Virus record (IMG/VR): IMGVR_UViG_3300031952_000001
Location: 124,001 to 188,000 of that record
DNA length: 64,000 bases
Strand: one strand, 5' to 3'
This document shows positions 1 to 8,109 of the stretch, piece by piece. Positions within the stretch are counted from its first letter, which is position 1, and each line of letters starts with the position of its first letter. The notes below the pieces were generated by a model, which was not told where the DNA came from, made no database searches, and saw only the letters and a program-made list of their open reading frames with translations. The position numbers were made by a program, and so were the translations under genes.

Positions 1-60
1 GAGCCGACGAAGGAACTCGATCCCGGTTTCTTCCTGTTTCTTCTCGGTCATGTTGCCCTC

Positions 61-276
61 CTAGTCGCCCTCGTCGGGGAGCGGAATGCCGCCGATCTCG
101 AAGTAGGACACGGCGAGCACCTTCCCGTTCCCGTTGTCGAACTCGGTGCACATCTTGGGGTTGTAGCCCTCGGGTGCGACGATGATCAGGTTCAGCCCAC
201 CTTCGTCGACTCCGATCACGTCGTCCCCGTCCCACCCGGACAAGTACATTCGAAGCTCTTTCACCGTGCACGCCAT
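61..276 (-). CDS. small acidic hypothetical protein
   Basis: ORF with GAGGAGG RBS, tightly packed in the leftward operon. Confidence 0.75.
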   Translation of the reverse strand: MACTVKELRMYLSGWDGDDVIGVDEGGLNLIIVAPEGYNPKMCTEFDNGNGKVLAVSYFEIGGIPLPDEGD

Positions 277-277
277 C

Positions 278-532
278 TCAGACCTCCTCGGTATCTTCGC
301 CGTTCTCGGTTATCTGGAAGAACTCGGGATCGGACCCCTGCGCGACCAGCTCTTTCGCCATTTTAGAGGCGGTCAGGATCTTTTCCCCTTCGTCGATGAC
401 GACCCCTGAACAGTGGCCCTCGCTCATCTCGTAAGCGATGGTTTCCAGGCTCAGATCGTCTCGAAGCGGCTCCTCACTCAGAAGCTCGATCTTGTAGGTC
501 CGCTTGTAGAACTTGCGTTTGCTCTTCGCCAT
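278..532 (-). CDS. hypothetical protein
   Basis: ORF with AGGAGG RBS, packed operon. Confidence 0.75.
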   Translation of the reverse strand: MAKSKRKFYKRTYKIELLSEEPLRDDLSLETIAYEMSEGHCSGVVIDEGEKILTASKMAKELVAQGSDPEFFQITENGEDTEEV

Positions 533-541
533 GTCGTCCTC

Positions 542-760
542 CTAGTCGTCCTCGTCGTCGAGGGGGGAGAGCTGACCGACGATCTCTGCGATCCAACGCA
601 GACCCCCATTATCCGCGAGATATTCGAATTGCCCCTCGGGGCCGCTGTTGTTGATCGTCGCAGCCTCTTCGTTTTTGAGATCGCGCACGTACTCGTCGAG
701 CGCGCCCTCGGATAGTTTCAGAGCCCGCTGTCGCAGAGCTTCTTTTCTGTCGTTGTTCAT
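542..760 (-). CDS. small acidic hypothetical protein
   Basis: First gene after the minus-strand class 1 promoter; AAGGAG RBS. Confidence 0.75.
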   Translation of the reverse strand: MNNDRKEALRQRALKLSEGALDEYVRDLKNEEAATINNSGPEGQFEYLADNGGLRWIAEIVGQLSPLDDEDD

Positions 761-805
761 CGTCTTCTCCTTGTTGTGAGTCGGGTAGTCATCCCGCCTT
801 GCCCC

Positions 806-866
806 AATGTAACACAGGCAAATCGGCGGTCAAGGGGCTTGACTCTCTTTTCCCGGTGGTTACATT
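806..866. promoter_or_regulatory. Back-to-back divergent class 1 promoters
   Basis: Minus strand TTGACC(833-828)-16-TACATT(811-806); plus strand TTGACT(839-844)-16-TACATT(861-866). They coincide with the coding strand switch. Confidence 0.85.
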
Positions 867-905
867 TCCCGCTAGGCAGGGCAACGACCAAACGAGGAGG
901 ACGAC

Positions 906-1349
906 ATGGCGGTCAACTGGACAGCGAAACCGGTTCTCACGGACGAGATGGACGAGGGTTTCCGTGTGGTAACGGTGGACGGGGTCAAGCTCAAGTGGTC
1001 GGGCACGCTAGACGTCCCGGATCTAGGAGAGCAAATCCACGTCACGTTCAACGGGTTCGGTCGTGGGTTCGTGCGCGGCTACTGCTACATGGACGGGTTC
1101 GCCGCGCTGCTCGTCGAGCCGGAGAAGTTGCCCGATTGGTACGTCAAGCAGTCAAAGACAACGCACTACAAGCCGGAAATGCCCATGAAGATCATCACCG
1201 TCTTCGGAATCGAATTCAAGACCGTAGATGATCCCTTCCGGTGCCGGTACGACGACTGCTCGAAGGGATACCCGGTCGCCACGGACGACGAACACGTAAC
1301 TTGCCCCGCGTGTCGGAAGGATATGGGCCTGCCTCCCTTGACAGCCTGA
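906..1349 (+). CDS. hypothetical early protein with C-terminal Cys4 zinc-ribbon-like motif
   Basis: GAGGAGG RBS; CRYDDC...CPAC; the stop codon lies inside the next promoter repeat. Confidence 0.8.
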   Translation: MAVNWTAKPVLTDEMDEGFRVVTVDGVKLKWSGTLDVPDLGEQIHVTFNGFGRGFVRGYCYMDGFAALLVEPEKLPDWYVKQSKTTHYKPEMPMKIITVFGIEFKTVDDPFRCRYDDCSKGYPVATDDEHVTCPACRKDMGLPPLTA

Positions 1350-1399
1350 AACCGGTGGTTACATTGGGTAGCAGGGACAGCGAACAACGGGAGGGCAAC

Positions 1400-1639
1400 A
1401 TGGCAACACAGGTCATCGTGAAGAAAAAGAAGTTGTCGGACGGTTCCGAGGTGTTCAACGTTGTGCTCGTGTTCCCCCTTGGTGGTCGTGTGACGTGCCA
1501 CATGGACAGCGAGAAGTCGGCGGAAGATCTGGAATTCCAGTTCAACCGGATTTTCGATCCTGAGAAGACCGGGATACCCACCTTCGGGAAGGCGAACGGG
1601 ATCATCGAAATTTGGGTCGACGGCGACGACTTCAAGTAG
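1400..1639 (+). CDS. hypothetical early protein (LSDGSEVFNV motif)
   Basis: ATG after GGGAGG, downstream of the promoter at 1338. Confidence 0.75.
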   Translation: MATQVIVKKKKLSDGSEVFNVVLVFPLGGRVTCHMDSEKSAEDLEFQFNRIFDPEKTGIPTFGKANGIIEIWVDGDDFK

Positions 1640-1709
1640 AAGCCCTTGACAGCCTGAAACCGGTAGTTACATTCCCAGCCAGGGGAAACGAACAACCGAG
1701 GAGGACCGC

Positions 1710-2291
1710 ATGAGCATCGGGGAGAAGGGCACGCTTCCGGCCGAAGTCGTCAACGATATGAAGAAGTCGGCACTCATGGGCGGCATGGTGCCCAAGTCGT
1801 TCGTCGAGTACCACCTGGCGCTCGCCAAGCGGGCGCTTCCGGCCCTGGTGAGCCGGTTCAGGGTCGAGATCGTGACGACGTTCGTCAAGTCGGGCGGGTG
1901 GTTCGACGGCATGAACAACCTGCGCGCGATCCTTCGGAAGTCGGACAACACGCTTCTGGAGATCGTGTGGTACGCATCGGACGGATCGGGCTACTGGATG
2001 AAGGACACCGGGAACGGCCAGGTGATGCTCTTCCCGGAGGACGTAGGCACCCCGCTCAAGTACATGGTTTGCGGACTGGAAGGGGGGATGCTCACGTTCG
2101 ACGACGAATCCGCTTTCGTCATGGAGATGGAGCGGCGAGGGTTCAAAGAGACGTCCCGTAGCGACTCGGCCCCGTGCCACCATCCGAACCTGTGGGATCG
2201 TCCGCAATTCGATACGTTGTGCGGCCCGATGAAGCATGACGATTACATCCGTTATGATACGTGGGAGGAGAACGAGGCGCTTTCGCGCTAG
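1710..2291 (+). CDS. hypothetical early protein
   Basis: GAGGAGG RBS; own promoter at 1646. Confidence 0.8.
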   Translation: MSIGEKGTLPAEVVNDMKKSALMGGMVPKSFVEYHLALAKRALPALVSRFRVEIVTTFVKSGGWFDGMNNLRAILRKSDNTLLEIVWYASDGSGYWMKDTGNGQVMLFPEDVGTPLKYMVCGLEGGMLTFDDESAFVMEMERRGFKETSRSDSAPCHHPNLWDRPQFDTLCGPMKHDDYIRYDTWEENEALSR

Positions 2292-2368
2292 TCCCTTGAC
2301 ACCCCGCAACCGGTGGTTAGATTGGGGGTGTGGGAAAGAGAACGGCCGCAACCGAGGGAAGGTGGACC

Positions 2369-2683
2369 ATGGCGTATCCGGGGATCATAAATGTTTCCAG
2401 TAAGTACGGTGCTCCGATGGGTCGCGGGAACCGAATTCCCACGGAAGAGTACAAAGGTGCCACGTACTACAACGTCGGCCCCGCGTGCAAGCTCCACCTC
2501 CGCCGTCTCCGCTTCGTGGACGGTTGCTATGACACGGGCGGCGCGTATTGGGGAATGCCCGCCAATCTGTATCACGCGGTCAACGCGGATCGGACTGTCG
2601 AGGTGTTCGTTCGGGCGGACAGCCGCGAAGAGGCGAAAACAGCCGTGCGCGAGATTCTCCCCACGGTGGAATTCTTCAAGTAG
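2369..2683 (+). CDS. conserved-looking phage hypothetical protein (YGAPMGR...YDxGGAYWG motifs)
   Basis: Own promoter at 2296; motifs recalled from phage hypothetical proteins. Confidence 0.75.
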   Translation: MAYPGIINVSSKYGAPMGRGNRIPTEEYKGATYYNVGPACKLHLRRLRFVDGCYDTGGAYWGMPANLYHAVNADRTVEVFVRADSREEAKTAVREILPTVEFFK

Positions 2684-2693
2684 GAGAGGGACC

Positions 2694-2831
2694 ATGAAGA
2701 TCACAGTCGAGAAGATCAACGGGTATCTGGTTCTGTCCGCAATCGTCGGCGGGTATCTGGTGCGGCGCAAGTACATGTACTACACGGTCAAAGAGGCGAG
2801 GGCCATGTTCCGCGCCGAGTGCACCGGCTAG
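2694..2831 (+). CDS. 45-aa hypothetical protein
   Basis: MKITVEKINGYL...; AGGAGAGG RBS; TAG abuts the next promoter. Confidence 0.65.
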   Translation: MKITVEKINGYLVLSAIVGGYLVRRKYMYYTVKEARAMFRAECTG

Positions 2832-2902
2832 CACTTGACAGCCCGCAACCGGTGGTTACATTGGGCGGGAGAGGCAACGACCGCAACCGGGGGAGGGACG
2901 CC

Positions 2903-3349
2903 ATGAAAGAGCCCAAGATCACAATGGAGACGCTTCGCACCGCGTTGACGATCATCGAGGAGTGCGGCGGAATTTCGAAGTTTTTGGGCGAAGATGCACC
3001 GTGCCGCCCTTCCCAGTCTTACACGAAACAGCCTACCCGGCTCGCGGTTCTCAACGCCGTCGAGGACACCGTCACGTTCGAAAGGATCGAGCGGGCGCTC
3101 CGCGCGATCTTCACCCGCCAGTGCAACGGCTACGTCCACGAGCGGACGGGGCGCGAGGACACGGAGGGGATGATCCGAGACGAGCGGCGCGAGGCCAAGC
3201 TCCGCGCCAAGGCCGAAGAGCTTGCCAAGCGGATCGGCCTGTCGATCCATTTCAACGGTGACCCACGCGGCGCGGCGATCAAGATCCACACCCCGCGCAC
3301 GGGTGCCTACAACTCTTTCGGAGGTGCCGAAGACGGATGGTGCGTTTAG
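2903..3349 (+). CDS. hypothetical early protein (CNG...GDPRG motif)
   Basis: Own promoter at 2835; GGAGG RBS. Confidence 0.8.
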   Translation: MKEPKITMETLRTALTIIEECGGISKFLGEDAPCRPSQSYTKQPTRLAVLNAVEDTVTFERIERALRAIFTRQCNGYVHERTGREDTEGMIRDERREAKLRAKAEELAKRIGLSIHFNGDPRGAAIKIHTPRTGAYNSFGGAEDGWCV

Positions 3350-3417
3350 CACTTGACAGCCGCTAGCCGGTGGTTACATTGGGGCAAGGGACAGCGAACA
3401 ACCGGGAGGTGTGAGTC

Positions 3418-3699
3418 ATGGCGAACCGTCATCGGGAAGCACTGGAGATCCAAGAGGGCGCGTGCAACGTCCGGGCAATCGCCCGCGCGCTCGTCAAGGC
3501 GGCCGACGAGGCGGGTAACGAGGGCGGCCCGAATCCGCGCGAGGACGCGGCGGTTCGCCTCATAGCGCACCAGATCGCTTTCTTGTGCAACGTCGCGGAG
3601 ATCGACAACGGTTTCCTGGTGTACTCGAAGCTCGAAGACGAGTGCCGCGCGAAGCGTCCGCCGGTCCCCCCGTGCGAGCGCACCGGTTCCGAGGGCTGA
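3418..3699 (+). CDS. hypothetical early protein
   Basis: Own promoter at 3353; GGAGGTG RBS. Confidence 0.75.
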   Translation: MANRHREALEIQEGACNVRAIARALVKAADEAGNEGGPNPREDAAVRLIAHQIAFLCNVAEIDNGFLVYSKLEDECRAKRPPVPPCERTGSEG

Positions 3700-3781
3700 A
3701 AATCGACGCGGCTACCCCTTGACCGCCTGAAACCAGGCGTTACATTGGGGCAAGGCGGAAAGAACAACCGGGAGGCACGAC

Positions 3782-4231
3782 ATGAAGCGCACCGTTGAGA
3801 TCAACGACACCTTGGACGAAACGGTCAAGTCGGCTTGTGATAGCGTCAAAGACGAGGCGCTTTCGTACCTGGATAGCAACGGGGATGAGGACACGGACGA
3901 AGCCCCGGATCTGAACGATCTCGACGACAGGGGCGCGATCCACGAGATCATCGACGGCGCGACTCCGATCTACAACGGGGAGATTCGGGATCTGTGGTAT
4001 CTGTACGCTTCCGACTTCGAGGCGGCGCTCGACAACGCGGGTATGGAGACGACGGCGGACAACCGGCAACAAATCGCGATCTTTTGCTACCTGGAACAAA
4101 CGGTTCTGGGCTGGTACGAGGGCGAGAAGGGCGCGATCTTCGACGAGTGGCGGGAGAAGAACCCGATCCCGGAAGACGAGGACGACGACGAGGAGGAGGA
4201 AGACGAGGAGGAGGACAAGCCCGCCAAGTAG
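3782..4231 (+). CDS. ocr: Ocr (T7 gp0.3)-like acidic DNA-mimic anti-restriction protein
   Basis: About 30% Asp/Glu with an acidic tail. DDRGAIHEIIDGATPIYNGEI aligns by eye with T7 Ocr [21 protein letters not shown], and CYLEQ with RIYEQ. Confidence 0.72.
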   Translation: MKRTVEINDTLDETVKSACDSVKDEALSYLDSNGDEDTDEAPDLNDLDDRGAIHEIIDGATPIYNGEIRDLWYLYASDFEAALDNAGMETTADNRQQIAIFCYLEQTVLGWYEGEKGAIFDEWREKNPIPEDEDDDEEEEDEEEDKPAK

Positions 4232-4313
4232 GAAATCGACCGGCGACCCCTTGACCGTCCCGCCCCGGTGGTTACATTGGGGCAAGGCGAGACGAACAAC
4301 CGGGAGGTGCGGT

Positions 4314-4793
4314 ATGAGGTTCTACACGACTGACGAGATCCGCAAGGTCGCGAAGGGTCACTTTTTCGACCGCGATGCGATGCGGTTCTTCGACTCGCGC
4401 GTGTGCCTCGATGCGTTCGACGGTCCGGGCGGGTGCTACTTCGTGACCTCCGAGCGTATGCGGGGGATCTGCAACTACCCGGCGGGAAAGCGGCTGTACA
4501 CCGTTCGACGGTTCAACCGGAAGACGGGCGCGGTCACGACCCCGCAGTCGTTCCAGGGCTTCGCCAGCCGCACCGGGGCGCTCGCCGCCGCAAAGCGCGC
4601 CAGCGAGGACGCCAGTCCCCGGAGCGCCGCCGCGTGGAAAGCCGCACGCACCCGCGAGGACAACAAACGGCGGGCCGAGGCCGAGGCGTCCCACCAACGT
4701 TGGCTTGCCCATGTCGCGCCGATCCGCGCTCGCGAGATCGAGGAGGACAGGCAACGCAAGATCGAGCGGTACCCGGAGCTTGCGGCCGAGTAG
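4314..4793 (+). CDS. phage hypothetical protein (GHFFxxxAMRFFxSR...YFVTSE motif)
   Basis: Own promoter at 4251; GGAGGTG RBS. Confidence 0.75.
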   Translation: MRFYTTDEIRKVAKGHFFDRDAMRFFDSRVCLDAFDGPGGCYFVTSERMRGICNYPAGKRLYTVRRFNRKTGAVTTPQSFQGFASRTGALAAAKRASEDASPRSAAAWKAARTREDNKRRAEAEASHQRWLAHVAPIRAREIEEDRQRKIERYPELAAE

Positions 4794-4881
4794 GGAAACG
4801 GCACGCCCACCGCTTGACAGCCCGCAACCGGTGGTTACATTGGGCGGGAGAGGCAACGACCGCAACCGGAAGGGGCGCGAC

Positions 4882-5181
4882 ATGGCGATCCGCGTATACG
4901 ACAACGGATCTCTCTACTCCATTTCTTTCGGGGAAGACGAGATCGAGAGGTTCATGGATTCGTGGCCGTGTTCCGGTTTTGATGGGTTGCGGAACGTGTG
5001 GGCACAATTCGAGAAGTCGAACGGCGATCTTGTCGACCTGGAGTGCAACCGGAGACACGGCGCGGGGAGGTTCGACGGCGCGGCTATGGTCGCCCTCGTC
5101 GATGATATGCAACGCGAGGCGATCCGCCGCAAGGGGAAAGCCTTGGGCGTCGAGTCGCACCTCGAAAGGTTCGCAAGCTAG
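4882..5181 (+). CDS. hypothetical early protein
   Basis: Own promoter at 4814. Confidence 0.75.
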   Translation: MAIRVYDNGSLYSISFGEDEIERFMDSWPCSGFDGLRNVWAQFEKSNGDLVDLECNRRHGAGRFDGAAMVALVDDMQREAIRRKGKALGVESHLERFAS

Positions 5182-5250
5182 GCACTTGACAGCCCGGCCC
5201 CGGTGGTTACATTGGGGGATAGGCAAGCGAACAACCGAAAGGGGCGCAAC

Positions 5251-5523
5251 ATGGGAAAGCGGGACGTCGAAATGGTGCCGTTCGGCCGCTTGATGGACCT
5301 GTTGGACCGGCCGGACGCGGATCGTTTGGGGTTCAAACGGGGCAAGGGGATTTTCGACGATTGCCGGGTGGTTTGCTACGCTTCCCGGTCCATGCTCCGC
5401 GAGGTGTGCCGCTTGACGCTCGATCTCGACTTGGACCGACAGGTCGTTGCGCTCGTGAAAGACAAGGTCGCGCCGAACATGGTCGCGATCCCCACGTTCG
5501 AGGTTGAGACGGGCCGGGAGTAG
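5251..5523 (+). CDS. hypothetical early protein
   Basis: Own promoter at 5186. Confidence 0.7.
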   Translation: MGKRDVEMVPFGRLMDLLDRPDADRLGFKRGKGIFDDCRVVCYASRSMLREVCRLTLDLDLDRQVVALVKDKVAPNMVAIPTFEVETGRE

Positions 5524-5573
5524 AATCGAACCGGGCGGGCCGACTACCCACCCCACGACAAGGAGAATTTCAC

Positions 5574-5708
5574 ATGGCGAAGGATCACGCGGCGAAGCGT
5601 CTGGCGGTCGAGCTTGCCATGCTCGACGTGTACACGATTCTCGGAATCGACACGTCCCTGCAACGGGCGAGGGTCACGTTCGCCAAGGTCGAATACGAGG
5701 CGCTCTAA
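5574..5708 (+). CDS. 44-aa hypothetical protein (not in ORF track)
   Basis: AAGGAG RBS; MAKDHAAKRLAVELAMLDVYTILGIDTSLQRARVTFAKVEYEAL*; TAA directly abuts the next ATG. Confidence 0.6.
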   Translation: MAKDHAAKRLAVELAMLDVYTILGIDTSLQRARVTFAKVEYEAL

Positions 5709-5849
5709 ATGAAGACAGGGCGCAATGACCCCTGCCCTTGCGGTAGCGGGCGCAAGCTGAAACGGTGTTGCGAGGCCGCCACGCGCCCCACAGTGGGCGG
5801 AAAGCTCGCGGTGGCCCTCCGGTGGGTCCTCCGGGCGCTCGCCGGTTAG
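5709..5849 (+). CDS. 46-aa SEC-C metal-binding motif mini-protein (not in ORF track)
   Basis: [21 protein letters not shown]... matches the SEC-C consensus [18 protein letters not shown], followed by a short hydrophobic/basic helix. Confidence 0.8.
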   Translation: MKTGRNDPCPCGSGRKLKRCCEAATRPTVGGKLAVALRWVLRALAG

Positions 5850-5967
5850 CGGGGCAACTAGAGCCCTCCGGCGAGATGGGCAGAATCGACCGGCCCACCC
5901 CTTGACCGTCGCTAGCCGGTGGTTAGATTGGGGGTAGGCAAGCAACGCAACCGGGGAGGTGGGGATC

Positions 5968-6606
5968 ATGGCGTTCGACAACGGCAGGATCGCGGTGGAC
6001 GTGAAAGAGCTTCCGGCGGCGCTTCAAAGGGCGCTCGCTTCCGTGGGGTACGGGCGGAAAAGCATCGACGTCATGCCAGCCGAAACGGCGAGCCTGAGCG
6101 GCGCGGGCGGCGACGGATACCAGGCTTTCGCGACCGTCGTCAACCTGGAGACGGGCGAGTACCGGACCGAGTGGGGATCGTGGGGTGGTGCGAACATGTT
6201 TAACCCCCGCAACGCGGTAGACAATGACCGGAAGGATTACCCGATCCCTGAGAACGGGGCCGTGATCACGGGCCACAAAGGTGGCGGGCGTCCGGTGTAC
6301 GCCACGATCCGCGTAAACCCGGCGGCGCTCGCGCCCCTACTCCCGGCCAAGGCCGAGCTTTCCGAGCGTCAGAGGGTCATTCTCGGAACGGTCCGGGGTA
6401 CGAAGGGCGGCGCGTATCGCCTCGAAGCGTTGAAAGAGTATGGTGTCACGACGGAAGAACTCGACACCTTGATCTCGGGCGGTTTCATGAAGCGGAACAA
6501 GGCGGGCGCGATCTCCATGACGACGGCGGGCGAAAATGAGGCCATGACCGGCGGGCGGCGAGACTCCATCGTTTACGCATACCGGCAGGCCACTCGCGGG
6601 TGGTAA
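5968..6606 (+). CDS. hypothetical early protein, possible C-terminal winged helix
   Basis: Own promoter at 5902; C-terminus LSERQRVIL...ELDTLISGGFMKRNKAGAISMTTAG resembles a wHTH. Confidence 0.75.
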   Translation: MAFDNGRIAVDVKELPAALQRALASVGYGRKSIDVMPAETASLSGAGGDGYQAFATVVNLETGEYRTEWGSWGGANMFNPRNAVDNDRKDYPIPENGAVITGHKGGGRPVYATIRVNPAALAPLLPAKAELSERQRVILGTVRGTKGGAYRLEALKEYGVTTEELDTLISGGFMKRNKAGAISMTTAGENEAMTGGRRDSIVYAYRQATRGW

Positions 6607-6689
6607 ATCGACCGCTCGACCCCTTGACCGCCGCTAGCCGGTGGTTAGATTGGGTGGGAGAGGCAACGACCGCAACCGAGGGGGACCGA

Positions 6690-6935
6690 ATGAACGTCAA
6701 CGAGATCGAGCGCGGTATGGTTCAAGTCATCGTCCCGCCGTCGTTCGTCGCGGCCTTGATCGGAGTGTTGCAGGTTTCGATCCGGCGCTCCGGGACCGTT
6801 ACGGTTTGGTACGCAAACGGAACCACGGCCATGGCGCGGAATCTCTTGGGGCGGAAAGGGGCGATCCCGGACAGCGTTTTCGACCTGGATCGGATGGTTA
6901 AAGAGTCGCGGGGAATCGACCGGTCCACCCCTTGA
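6690..6935 (+). CDS. hypothetical early protein
   Basis: Own promoter at 6624; its TGA is part of the next -35 box. Confidence 0.7.
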   Translation: MNVNEIERGMVQVIVPPSFVAALIGVLQVSIRRSGTVTVWYANGTTAMARNLLGRKGAIPDSVFDLDRMVKESRGIDRSTP

Positions 6936-6999
6936 CCGGCCGAAACCGATGGTTATATTGGAAGGGCAGGGGAAAGAGAACGGAAGCGAGATAGAGATA

Positions 7000-7065
7000 C
7001 GGCCCGATATATTCTAGTAGCCTAGATCACGGGTTAGCGAGGTTCGACTCCTCGCCGGGCCGCAA
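7000..7065 (+). ncRNA. tRNA-like small RNA (acceptor stem and T-arm, no canonical D-arm or anticodon arm)
   Basis: CGGCCCG(7000-7006)/CGGGCCG(7056-7062) stem; GCGAGG-TTCGACT-CCTCGC T-arm (7037-7055); 3' CAA. It sits directly behind the promoter at 6932. Confidence 0.6.
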
Positions 7066-7096
7066 GGGGAAAACGAACAACACCGGGAGGTGTGAC

Positions 7097-7405
7097 ATGG
7101 CGAAGCTGATGGAGATCGCGAGGGTCAACGTGGACGGGAAGACGGCCAAGCGGATCAACGTCGCCAAGCAGAACGCCCGCGCCGTCGAGAAGGCCGAGGA
7201 CAGGATCGTGCGGATCTCCAGGTTCGCGCACGAGTGCATCGCGGCGGACAAGCCCGCCGTCGTCCGGGAGTCGTGGATCGTCCGGGCGCTCGTCGATCTC
7301 CTGTCGGGTGCGTCCTACTCGCCCCGCGAGCATGAGATCCTCGCCCGCGCCTTGGCGAACGTCCGCCGCGAGATCGCGGTACAGTCGGCCGGTTGCGCGG
7401 ACTAG
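7097..7405 (+). CDS. hypothetical early protein
   Basis: GAACAAC leader and GGAGGTG RBS. Confidence 0.75.
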   Translation: MAKLMEIARVNVDGKTAKRINVAKQNARAVEKAEDRIVRISRFAHECIAADKPAVVRESWIVRALVDLLSGASYSPREHEILARALANVRREIAVQSAGCAD

Positions 7406-7416
7406 GAAGGCACCCG

Positions 7417-7605
7417 ATGAAAACCCTCATGGACGATCTCTTGTACGCTTGGGGAGAGTTGATCGATCTCAGGCGCAAGGTACGAGATAAAGGCGGGCCG
7501 TGGGGTGCGGCCGATCTGGCGGTACACGAAAGGCTCGTTTCTGAGATCGATACCCTCGTCGGGAGGTTGCCGGAGGGTTGGAAGGCGTGGAAGGAAGAGG
7601 GTTAG
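7417..7605 (+). CDS. hypothetical protein
   Basis: Packed ORF; TAG abuts the AATCGAC box of the next repeat. Confidence 0.65.
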   Translation: MKTLMDDLLYAWGELIDLRRKVRDKGGPWGAADLAVHERLVSEIDTLVGRLPEGWKAWKEEG

Positions 7606-7690
7606 AGAATCGACCACCCCACCCCTTGACCGCCCGCCACGGGTGGTTATGTTGTGAGGGTAGGGAACGAACAACGGAAAGGGGCGGAAC

Positions 7691-8026
7691 ATGGCGCGGG
7701 GATATCTGGTAACGTCGCGGAACGGCAGAAAAGCGGTGTTACTAGACGTTCGCACCCTGTCAACCGTCCCGGTGTCCATGTCGACGTGGGCGATCATTTC
7801 GGGATCGTCGCCGCCGGATCAAGACTACCGGATCGTGATCCATCGGTGGGAGATTCGCGACGGCAAAGCGATCTTGACGGTGGGTAACGTCGTCCTCGAA
7901 GACGTTGAGGCCGATCTGGAAGTAGACGAGGCCGATCTAAGCCCGCCCAAGGGTAAGGGGTGGCGATGGGATTTCGGGGAGTGGGTTAGGGACACCCGCA
8001 AGGGGCGCGAGGCGTGCCAGCCCTGA
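7691..8026 (+). CDS. hypothetical early protein
   Basis: Own promoter at 7626. Confidence 0.7.
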   Translation: MARGYLVTSRNGRKAVLLDVRTLSTVPVSMSTWAIISGSSPPDQDYRIVIHRWEIRDGKAILTVGNVVLEDVEADLEVDEADLSPPKGKGWRWDFGEWVRDTRKGREACQP

Positions 8027-8109
8027 GAATCGACCGGCGACCACTTGCACGCCCAAAACCGATGGTTATATTGGTAGGGTAGCAGAAAAACCCACGGGAG
8101 GTGCGAGAC

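Larger units (their letters stand above)
806..8072. repeat. Dispersed promoter-leader repeat array (class 1, probable early promoters), 16 copies
   Basis: Consensus CTTGAC(A/C)-GCC-N6-CCGGTGGT-TA(C/G/T)ATT-GG, then an A/C-rich leader (often GAACAACC or GCAACC) and a GGAGG/AGGGG RBS. Plus-strand -35 boxes start at 839, 1338, 1646, 2296, 2835, 3353, 3719, 4251, 4814, 5186, 5902, 6624, 6932, 7626 and 8045 (TTGCAC variant). One minus-strand copy lies at 833..806. The -35 to -10 spacer is a constant 16 bp. Confidence 0.92.

Noticed and set aside
7000-7065. Canonical tRNA gene
   Set aside because: Too short, with no D-arm GG motif and no YU-NNN-R anticodon loop; reported as tRNA-like only.
806-8072. 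Early repeats as a CRISPR array or integron attC sites
   Set aside because: The intervening sequences are 300-700-bp genes, not spacers. The units match -35/-10/RBS. Only some copies contain GTTRRRY, there is no long attC-type imperfect palindrome, and no cas gene or integrase is present in the window.
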